NCBI RefSeq assembly: GCF_006345805.1 | Contig: NC_043002.1 | Span: 118,575,001 to 118,608,000, forward strand | Reading direction: 5' to 3' | DNA: 33,000 nt | Source of the DNA: Octopus sinensis | Taxonomy: Eukaryota | In this document: piece by piece, positions 11,126 to 20,790 of the stretch | Layout: every line of letters begins with the position of its first letter | Position numbering within the stretch: the stretch's first letter is position 1 | Translations under genes and position numbers: made by a program | The notes under the pieces: generated by a model | Told to the model about the DNA's origin: nothing | The model's input: the letters and a program-made list of their open reading frames with translations, nothing else | Database searches by the model: none

Positions 11126-12499
11126 TGTGTGTGTGTGTGTGTGTGTCTCTGTGTGTGTGAATTGCCAATTATGCTTGCTCGACAAGAAATGGCTACACGC
11201 ATATCCCTGCGCCGTCTTGCTTTCGCAGTCAAACAGTAGAGAAAGCGCTACACTTATTTTACGCAGGACCCTGTCGTGTTTTGCATACACATTCCGAATA
11301 CCTCATGATTGTTATGTTTGATGAAAAGGAGTATCGAACAATAAAATAAAAAGAGAAACACCTTTAATGTTACTGAACTTATATCAGCATCCAAATCTCG
11401 TACATCAGATGTAAAGAAAAGAAAACACTAACTCCTGTCAGGACATCTGTAAATACTCTACAGAGGAATATTGATTCAAAAGAAACATTAAAACCCCAAA
11501 TGTCAGAAGAGTTTATTGGCCAGATACGTACAAACATTATATACGATTTTCTTTTATATATTTCTACATTGCACTCATTTATATCCTTTCCTTTCTTATT
11601 CTCTTCTTATGAATATGTAACGATGTAAACATACATACTACGTGCATTCACAATTTTACTTACAATAATGATACCATGACGTCCTTTTATACATATGTAT
11701 CACGCTTGTTCTGCAATCTTCACTGACTCTTTCTGTGCATGAACATTTTCTCAAATTGTATACAAGCTTATGAACTGCAGAGAATGAATTTATCTTTCAT
11801 TTTCTTCCTAATTATTTGATTTTGTCAGATACAGCGTAGACAGAAGATGAACACACGACGTACACACATGCACTTAAGTCGCATTTCTCTGTTTTTGAAC
11901 CCGTTTGTATTCTGCAAGGGGATTCTTTCTTATAGCAGATCTTTCCATGTAATCCATTCCTGTGCATTTTTAGTTAGATTTAGATCCACAGTGTATCAAA
12001 TATTACCAATTTTGATCATTTTATTGCAACATAAGTGAAAACGCCTATGCAAATATCCAATATGGCCACCTACATATATATTTGGTTCAGATGTGACAGG
12101 ATGTCGGTAGACATAAAAAAACGACTGCCTTGACTTTCACTCCGAAATTCCGACAGAAGGTTCGAGAACATTCACTTTTGTCGGTATAGATAAATTTAGG
12201 TTTCAAAACTAGTCAGATACAATCTTAATTGCACCTGGAGATTATATTGTTAGTCCATATTATTTAAGACCGTCTCTAGCATATCCCTTTCTTCTAATAA
12301 TATACCAACATGCATGTATCTCTTCTTTTTCTCTCAGATACAGCCACAAAATAAACAAAACAGCGATAACATAGTTAAACACGTTCATATCCAAGTCGTC
12401 GATTCTTATTTATGTTAATAACCTTTTGATGGAATCATATAACATAAATAAATATTAGGTTGACTGAGAACAATCATTATGAAATATCTTTATACTTCA

Positions 12500-12785
12500 A
12501 CAGTCTTTGTAATTTTCTCATCAACACAAAACCAACGTTAGGCATTTAAATATGACTGCGGGAACATATGCCCATGAAAAAAAAAAAGAAAAAAAAGACA
12601 AACAGACAGAAAGGGATAAAAGAGAGAGAAAGAGAACCGCAATCAATTGATAAATGTTGCAAAATAGGAGTATACAACTTAAATTCAGAGATTTATATCG
12701 TAAATTATAGTAATCTATATTTATATCTATATCGTAAGTGGCTGAATGAATATCCATGAATCAATGATATAAGGAGATAGAGATG

Positions 12786-12835
<50 letters not shown>

Positions 12836-13215
12836 TATATATAATATATATATATATATACATGCATGTATGTATGTATTTATGTATGTATATACATACA
12901 TATGCACGTATGTATGTATGTATGTATGTATGTATGTGTGATAATAATATTGATAGATGTTCTAATAAAGACGTATTAAATTAAATTATAAATTCTTAGC
13001 TTGCTTCCAACATTCATAAAAGGGTTTATTGCTCAATATACGCGTGGCTGTCTCAAAGACTTTAAAGACAGAGCCATTCACCATTCGAATTTGCACATAG
13101 TTCTGTAAACACAGAACTATGGCTGGTGAGAAAGAGTCACAGAAAGGAGAGACATTGAAGAGATAATGTAATAATACCAATAGATATTTTAAAATTGAAT
13201 TTATATTTGAGGACA
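12500..13215. repeat. Further diverged copies of the 1-1100 repeat family around a TA/TATG microsatellite
   Basis: CATTCATAAAAGGGTTTATTGCTCAATATACGCGTGGCT (~13011) matches CATTCGTAAAA.GGTTTGCTGATCAGATATGCGCGTGGCT. GAGATAATGTAAT occurs at ~359 and ~13159. Confidence 0.5.
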
Positions 13216-13596
13216 TAGACATAAAGCACCTTTCTCTTCAGATTGTGTGTGTGTATGTGTTTAACTAAGTTAAGCGGGATTTTCGTGTTCTTTTGACCAT
13301 CGTCTGTAAGCTGGTAACTCCGAAAAAGAGAAGATTCGTCGCTATGTAGAGTTTGAAGTTCCTTAGTTCTCGCTATGATCGCTTCTAAGATTGATTTATC
13401 CACCTGCCAAGAGAAGTATTTGAGAAGGTTACTCCTCTTTTAATTTTCTTTTATTCAATCATTTCGGACAAATCAGAAAATTACTAAAGATAACATACTT
13501 TTCAGGTTTTGGAATATTTGGTAATCTATTTGTAAACAGACTGTTTTAACATGTCTTGCTTCATAGGTACACAATCCAAGGCGGTCTTATTAATTA

Positions 13597-14198
13597 CTAG
13601 CTTAAAAGCCGCACTTCATGCGGACTTTTAAGGTAGCTCCAGCGGAGGGCTAATTGGGTCTGCAGCCCAAAAGTAAAGGGAGCTAAATAGCATGACTATA
13701 ATACGTCTATAATACTGGATGCTCTGGTGGTGTTTGACCAGAGGTTAAGGACGGACGAGAATTAATTCTGTAATGCAATCATTCTATTGTTCCAGTCCCA
13801 ATTTGAATTCCAACTGTTGGCCAATTAGTCCCAAAGTTCTTACCTCGACGTAAAATTAACGAAGCGAATGTCATTTATCTCCCCTTTGATCTCTGACGTC
13901 GTCTGACAAATGCCAACCAATATGGCGTGAATCAGCCAAGGCTTACCTGCTAGAAATAGTAACCCAATTGCTTTTAGATCATATCCCAATGCTGGATGTT
14001 CAAGAACCAAATGAAGGGCAGATCTCGGGATCATCCTGATTTCAAAAAGGTATAATATGTCTATGAAGAACAAATGAAGACTGAGATACAGGAGTCCCAG
14101 ACAGACAGAATTTCGCGGTTATTGCCATAGATATCATATCTGAAGATTTCAAGAGAGAGAAGGAAGAAGGTGATCACGATAATTTCATATTAGATAGA
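13597..14198 (-). mobile_element. Probable non-autonomous Helitron (~600 bp)
   Basis: Minus-strand 3' end: GC-rich hairpin CCGCA-tgaag-TGCGG (extendable to 13 bp), 8 nt, then CTAG followed by T. Candidate 5' end TCTATCTAATATGAAATT at 14198, but the 5' flank is C rather than the expected A. Confidence 0.55.
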
Positions 14199-14199
14199 G

Positions 14200-14228
14200 G
14201 GGAAAGAAAGAAAGAAAGAAAGAGAGAG

Positions 14229-14317
<89 letters not shown>

Positions 14318-14325
14318 AAGAAATA
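14200..14325. repeat. (GAAA)n(GATA)n(GA)n compound microsatellite
   Basis: Directly visible. Confidence 0.95.
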
Positions 14326-14995
14326 AAGGCAAAATTGGCTCAATTTATTCTTCTGCCAAGGCTCTTAGCAGTCGATCGAAATTCAAATTTAATGGGAAAA
14401 TTACCGTTTTTAGTATTTTTCTCTTTCGCCATTTTGTGTGTTTAAAGGCATGCAAAGTGCACTTGAAAGTTTCGCGTTTTTAATATTAGCATCGTTTATA
14501 AGCTGGATATTTTGTGACGCATATAATTTAATAGTTTCATGATTGAACTGTTCCAATTTAATAATTTATAGTTTAAAATCTATATTAGTTTATTACATTC
14601 TTTCTCTTCCTTTTGCTCCAGCTCCATCACTCTTCTGTCCCCCTTTGCATTTTCAATTTTGTCTCGCTCTTTTACTTTGCTTCATGATACCCCCTCATTT
14701 TCCAATGCGTTGCAGGCGGTAGCATCGATACAGTCAAAGACAGATAGGCGTAATTCGTTTGCCCACGCCAAGAATGTTACGAGTCAATTATATCGCAGTA
14801 AATTCAATGGCCGAGATCTGAACAAACCGAAATACCTGCATCCAACTCCATCGTCTGTCAGTATCCTATAAACCATGTGTGAGATGTTGCCAATATTCAA
14901 AATAATTCATCTTTTTGTTTTCTTTCAAAATTGTATGACTGCAGCAAAAATCGTGATAGACTTTGCTACATCCATTGCTTTCGCATACCAGTATA

Positions 14996-15325
14996 AGGAG
15001 CACTCCATCGGTTGCGACGACGACGAGGGGCCCAGCTGATACGATCAACGGAACAGCCTGCTTGTGAAATTAACGTGTAAGTGGCTGAGCACTCCACAAA
15101 CGCGTGTACCCTTAACGTAGTTCTCGGGGAGATTCAGCGTGACAAAGATTGTGACAAGGCCGGCCCTTTGAAATACAGGTACAACTCATTTTTGCCAGCT
15201 GAGTGGACTGGAGCAACGTGAAATAAAGTGTCTTGCTCAAGGGCACAACACGCCGCCAGGAATTGAACTCACAACCTTACGATCATGAGCCGAATGCCCT
15301 AACCACTAAGCCACGCGCCTTCACA
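14996..15325 (-). mobile_element. tRNA-derived SINE, family C, full length
   Basis: A box TGGCTTAGTGG, B box GAGTTCAATTCC, exact 15 bp TSD TCGCATACCAGTATA (14981-14995, 15326-15340). Confidence 0.9.
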
Positions 15326-15777
15326 TCGCATACCAGTATACTTGTCAGAATACGAGTGAAGTGCCATCGTAGTTCAACATTAGTTTCTGTGCCCCTTGAG
15401 GTTGCTATTGGGGTAAAGTTTAAAAAACAACAAAAGCAACAAACTCTGCCCGCTAGTTAGTAGAATACGGTGAAAAGTTCATTCGGAGCATCCATCTTGT
15501 TAGAAATTGTAGCTAATTCTCCTTCAAATCACACCCTACGATTTAAAAATAAATAGTATGGATATACTGAGTAACGTAGTCTTGGATACTGTATGTAACA
15601 AAAATAAAAAGATTAAATAAAAAAAGATGACATGTATACGACCAGCATACCTTTGATAGAGGTGTGCCGGTTATATCACACTAAAAAACAACTACCAATC
15701 TTTAGAAGTAGGAAAAAAAACGAAATAAAACAAACAAACAACAAAAAAAAAGAAAGAAAAGAAGCTAACGCTTGTTA

Positions 15778-15809
<32 letters not shown>

Positions 15810-16001
15810 GGCGAGTTGGCGGAGTTTTTAGTGCTCCGGACAAAATACTTAGCAACATTTCGCTGTCTTTACGTTCGAATAGACTTTGTTTTTCATCCTT
15901 TCGAGATCGATAAGATAAGTACCAGTTGAATACTGGAGTCGATGTAATCGACTTACCTTTTCCCCTTGAAATTGCTGGCCTTGTGCGAAAAAATTTGAAA
16001 C

Positions 16002-16002
<1 letters not shown>
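15810..16002 (+). mobile_element. SINE family B between two (ATT)n tracts
   Basis: GGCGAGTTGGCGG head, GGAGTCGATGTAATCGACTT motif, (ATT)n at 16003-16068. Confidence 0.8.
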
Positions 16003-16068
<66 letters not shown>

Positions 16069-16071
<3 letters not shown>

Positions 16072-17369
16072 TAGTTTTATTTTTATAGCGTGCTTTCACT
16101 TCACTACCGAGCGCAGCTCTGTGTGCCTTGGGTATGTGCTGTGATTTGTTGTGATGCTCTGATGGTTATTGTATGGAAAGTGTTCTGCGTAGGATGTGTG
16201 CAGTGCCTAGTAGTGCAATTTTCTGTATGTTATATGTGTTTGTAAGTCCTGGTGTTTTTGTTATGTATTTGTCTGAATATTTTTTATCATGCCCTATGAT
16301 AGGAATTGTTTCTGTTTTTAGATTCCACATTCTGGTTATCTCTATTTCCAGGTCTCTGTATTTTGAAAGATTCTCCATTTCTTTTAGAGACACGTTGTCT
16401 TCTGCTGGTATTGATACATCAATTAGAAAGCATTTTTTTCTTCATGATCTCTGACAACTATATCTGGTCTGTTGGCCTTAATTTCTCTATCTGTGTGTAT
16501 CGGCATATCCCAGAGTATGGTTGCTTTCTCGTTTTCTGTGACCTTTTCTGGTGTGTGCCTATACCATTTTTTTTCTGTTGTTATTCCATAATGTTGGCAT
16601 AGCTTCCAATGTATGTAAGTTCCAACTCTGTCATGTCTGTGAATATATTCCTTCTTAGCCAGGACTGGGCAGCCAGAGATAATATGATTTATTGTTTCTT
16701 GTCCATCTCCACATATTCTGCAGTTACTTGTTATATTTCTTTTCATTACATGTTTTTGGTAATTTCTTTTCATGACATGTTTTTGGTAATTTCTTCTTCT
16801 TCTTCTTCTTCTTCTTCTTCTTCTTCTTCTTCTTCTTCTTCTTCTTCTTCTTCTTCTTCTTCTCTTCTTCTTCTTCTCCTCCTCCTCCTCCTCCTCCTCC
16901 TCCTCCTCCTCCTTCTTCTTCATATTTGTTAGGTGGTATGATTTCTTGTTTGTATTTGTGCGCGACATGGTGATCTCATATCAAGATAAACAGCGCATGA
17001 CCTTGCAGGTGGGGCCCAGTTAGAATTTTCTTCTGGTCGAGTAACCCATCCCGCTCAAAACGTCCCTGAATAAGGATTGTTTAAGGATGTTGAACGAAAC
17101 ACCTATGTTTCCAGAGGTGAATTATTCAAACCCCAAAGGATCCCTCTCAACACACGGCTATGATGCTCCCCCACTACTTCTGCTCGTGATCAGAAATGCA
17201 CATAACCTCAGCCACAAAGGGACATGCTCAACTGGTTAAGGTCAAACAACTGACAAGCAAATCTGTGGCATTGAGCAGAATATTTGCTGTAGACCATCTT
17301 TTATACCAAGACAAAACAATGTACATGATAACACTTCCAATCAGTTAAGATCAGAAGCCATGAGAGCCA

Positions 17370-17370
<1 letters not shown>
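16069..17370 (-). mobile_element. R4/Dong-like REL-endonuclease LINE derivative (C-terminal region certain, 5' part putative)
   Basis: CCHC knuckle CRICGDGQETINHIISGC, RHDRV, WYRHTPEKV, ILWDMPIHTDREIKANRPDIVVRD, one frameshift in poly-A at ~16435, then KEMENLSKYRDLEIEITRMW...LLGTAHILRRTLSIQ* (16166). Flanked by (TAA)n on both sides. Assigning 16969-17370 as the 5' UTR is inference. Confidence 0.85.
16792..16920. repeat. (CTT)n(CCT)n microsatellite
   Basis: Directly visible. Gives the poly-R/poly-E stretch in ORF 16423-16968. Confidence 0.95.
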
Positions 17371-17447
<77 letters not shown>

Positions 17448-17899
17448 CTTATTTTTTCTTCTTCTTTCAAATTTGCTTCCATTTCTTGCCGAGTGTCTTC
17501 CCGACTCCTAGGGCAAAGAGACTCATTGTATACATTGGTAGGCCATTAAACTAAACTCACTAGTTCGTTCATTTTTTTAAAAGTTAAATTAAAATACATG
17601 GGTAGTAATAGTTCTCACATCGACAATGCTCTTCTCAATACGTGTGATGTACCAGTTAAGACAATCTTTTGCACTTCTTGCAGGGATGGTAAGCCAGGGA
17701 TCATTCTCATATAATTTTCGGTTCCCGTCTTGATCATTCATAGTGCTCCTACGATCACTGGTATTGTAACCGCCTTGAGATGCCACATTTTCTCAATTTC
17801 AATGAGCTTGCGTATTTTCCTATCTATATTCTTTACTTCACTCATATTCCAGTTCAACACATTGTAGCTATAGGTAACAACTGGAACTGCTAAGGAATT
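17448..17899 (-). mobile_element. Internally deleted R4/Dong-like mini-element (RT thumb fused to REL C-terminus)
   Basis: Single minus frame 17899-17615: NSLAVPVVTYSYNVLNWNMSEVKNIDRKIRKL|IEIEKMWHLKAVTIPVIVGAL*MIKTGTENYMRMIPGLPSLQEVQKIVLTGTSHVLRRALSM*. (TAA)n lies immediately at both ends. Confidence 0.88.
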
Positions 17900-17924
17900 A
17901 TTATTATTATCATTATTATTATTA

Positions 17925-17991
<67 letters not shown>

Positions 17992-18489
17992 CATCATCAC
18001 TGACATCACTGGCATTATCGTTTTGTGTAGTAGCAGCAGTGGTAGCAGCAACAGCAACAGTAATAGGAGTGGGGTAGTGGTAGGGGTGGTAGGTGGGCCT
18101 CAGATTCCTGTGCTATCATAATAGTAGTAGTTACAGTATTATTGTAGTATTAGTAGTATTTAGTATCAGTAGCTGCAGCATATTATTATTATTTTTTTCA
18201 TTATTATTGTTCAAGGGAATAGTTAGGCAGCCTTTTGGTGAATAGATCATATTCGACAGGTCTATAAATAGATTCGGCAGATGGTGGAGAGGTCAGCCAT
18301 AGAGACAAAAGAATCTTCGTACCCTTTGTGTCAGCAGAGGTCAAATATGTTTACTACTATCATTGGCCGCTGAGAGCGCTTCCTCGAAAAGAAGCAATTT
18401 AACCTGTTCTATTGGTAATTACTGGTAGAAAACCAATAATAACACACACACACACACGCATACACACATATACACACACATATTCACGT

Positions 18490-19570
18490 CGTTGAACTTT
18501 TGAATTTCTGAATTCATTTGTGTTGTTGCTATAAAATGTGTGTTTACGTATTTTGGTAATATATTAAAATTTTAAAAGTTCCCTTGAGATGTTCGTTTGT
18601 CTGTCCAGTTGGAGAATACAGTAGGACTTTTGCAATTAAAAGGATGTTTACATTTTCGAATACTCACAGAGAATCAAAAAGAAAAGAAAACAAGTTGTAG
18701 ATAGTAAAGTTTTAAGATTTACTAAATATAGAACTGTATTACTAAATATGGTCTTTTGTATGTCCGCACAGAGAGAAATGGTAGTGTTCTTAAAAGAAAA
18801 AGGAGGATCGTTTGTATGTTCGAAAGGTGTAGGTATGTAAGCTTCCTAACCTATTTTATTTTCAGGGAGAGGAAATTATAGATATTCCAGTCTTTGGGAA
18901 TAGTAGGAGGAAGAGATGTTCACCTTGTTGGATTTTTGAATTACTGAATTTCTTTTTCTTTTGGAATTGTTCTTTTTAAAAGTTTTGCTGTGGTTTGCAG
19001 ATTTTGTAGTTGTGCAGTATGCATATATTGGCAGGTGCTTACTTCCTTAATTTTTTTATCGTGCATTTAATTGTGTTGTTACAATAAAATGCATGTTTAC
19101 ATATTCTGTTAGTCAGAGAAGAAGGGAAGACAAAGTGTTCACACAAAATTGGAGATATTAAAGTTTCTAAACTTTTTGAGGTGTTCATTTGTATGTTCGT
19201 TCAGAAAAAAACTGGTGTTTTTTTTACAATAAAAAGGATGTTTACATTTTCGAATATTCACGGAAAGAGGGACCAAAAGAAAGGGGAGTTAATTTTTTTT
19301 CCACAGAAAATTGTAGATATGAAGTTTTTAAAATTTACTGGAGATGATTTTTTGTCTGTCCGAACAGACAAAACTGTAGTGTTCTTGGAATAAAGACAAT
19401 GCTTACATTTTCGAATACTCAGGGGGAAAGGAAAAATGATAGCTGTAGATATTCATGGTTTTAAAGCTGATTGTTTATGTGTTCGAAAGCTGTTGATATG
19501 TAAGTTCCGTAACTTATTTTGAGGGAAATTCAAAATACTCACAAAAAACTGTAGATATTCCACTCTTTAA
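18490..19570. repeat. Old diverged tandem repeat (irregular ~150-300 bp units)
   Basis: ATG(T/C)TTACATTTTCGAATA(C/T)TCA at ~18645, ~19237, ~19399; (T/C)TGTAGATA motifs at ~18695, 19312, 19443, 19549; TGTGTTGTT.C.ATAAAATG at ~18520 and ~19072. Confidence 0.65.
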
Positions 19571-19964
19571 CAAATAAGCATACTCACTTTGATTCATACG
19601 AAATAATTTACGAACAGGAATAGGTTATTTCGCTTGGCTATATTTAAGGATCCCTTTCAGGAACGAATGGGTTATTGGATGTTTAAAAATAATACATTAA
19701 AAATAATATATTATTTAAAACTAATATATTAAGGTAATTTCCCTTGGATGTTTAAAAATAATATATGTACTAGATATAAGAATCCCTTCCAGGGTCCCTA
19801 TTATCGATTGTTTCAAAAATCTAAGTATGTGACTAGTTTTTCAGACATGATTTCTACTCACGTGTCAAGTTTCACCAAAATCGATAAAACGATGTGGGAG
19901 GAATTAGATAACAACACCACAAACAAACACACTCACAAATTTCCACATATGTAGTAGATGTGTA

Positions 19965-19975
19965 CATATATATGA

Positions 19976-20051
<76 letters not shown>

Positions 20052-20059
20052 TATATATT

Positions 20060-20105
<46 letters not shown>

Positions 20106-20150
20106 CGTGCGTGTATGTATATCTGTATATATATGTGTGTGTGTAGACAT

Positions 20151-20217
<67 letters not shown>

Positions 20218-20250
20218 ATATTTATATATATATGTAAATATTTATATATG
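19965..20250. repeat. Compound (TA)n/(TG)n microsatellite
   Basis: Directly visible. Confidence 0.95.
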
Positions 20251-20618
20251 TGTACAGTCACCGGAAATACATCTGCCATCACCAGAGAAAACAAAGCAAC
20301 TACCCCCAGCGACTTGCCTGACCTTTCATTGGACAAAAGCTACCTACCTGCCACTCTATTGGACACTGCCTAAACATCACTGCTGATATTTTTGTATAAA
20401 TAGACATGATAAATCGCTGTAAAGGCAGTTGGCTTTTTGGCACTCGACTGATGTAAATCGTGTCCGTCTCGCCTGCCACGCTCGCCACTCACGCCGCCTC
20501 GAACCTTTGTACTGCTATTTCCCGCCTGAAATAAATCGCTGTATAAACTTACACCTCTTGTCTGCTCGTCCTTTCAACTACTGCTTTCGTCTGTCCAGTT
20601 TTGCTGATTACGACCACA
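20249..20618 (+). mobile_element. LTR-like segment (possible solo LTR)
   Basis: TGTG...CACA termini, TATA-like TATAAATAG (~20394), CAGTT initiator-like site, AATAAA (~20529), GC-richer than its flanks. No TSD, PBS or PPT found. Confidence 0.38.
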
Positions 20619-20790
20619 GTCCTTTTCAGGGCTAATTCAAGTCTGATCTGAATGCGATAACAGTCCTTTTTAGGACTACTCTCAGATCCGATCTAATTAC
20701 AATAACAGTCCTTTTTAGGACTATTCTTGGATCGGATCTAATTGCGATAACCGTCCTTTTAAGGGCTACCCTCGAATGCGATAACGACTG
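20616..20790. repeat. ~45 bp minisatellite, ~3.7 units, palindromic
   Basis: Units begin ACAGTCCTTTT at 20616, 20660, 20705 and ACCGTCCTTTT at ~20750. They contain AGTCCT-tttt-AGGACT and AGATC-c-GATCT inverted repeats. Confidence 0.88.

Noticed and set aside
11400-12350. Series of plus-strand CAG|AT acceptor-like sites each followed by a short stop-ended peptide (alternative terminal exons)
   Set aside because: Expected by chance in AT-rich DNA; no supporting upstream exon or poly(A) pattern.
17340-17370. GGCTCTCATGG resembling the HDV ribozyme start
   Set aside because: No complementary P1 3' strand or C-containing J4/2 found by eye; left as a computational check only.
18200-18450. TATA-like TATAAATAG with two AGGTCA half-sites as a promoter
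   Set aside because: Short motifs with no linked gene or CpG enrichment; cannot be distinguished from chance.
20616-20790. CRISPR-like palindromic repeats
   Set aside because: Units are contiguous with no unique spacers, there are no cas genes, and the context is eukaryotic.
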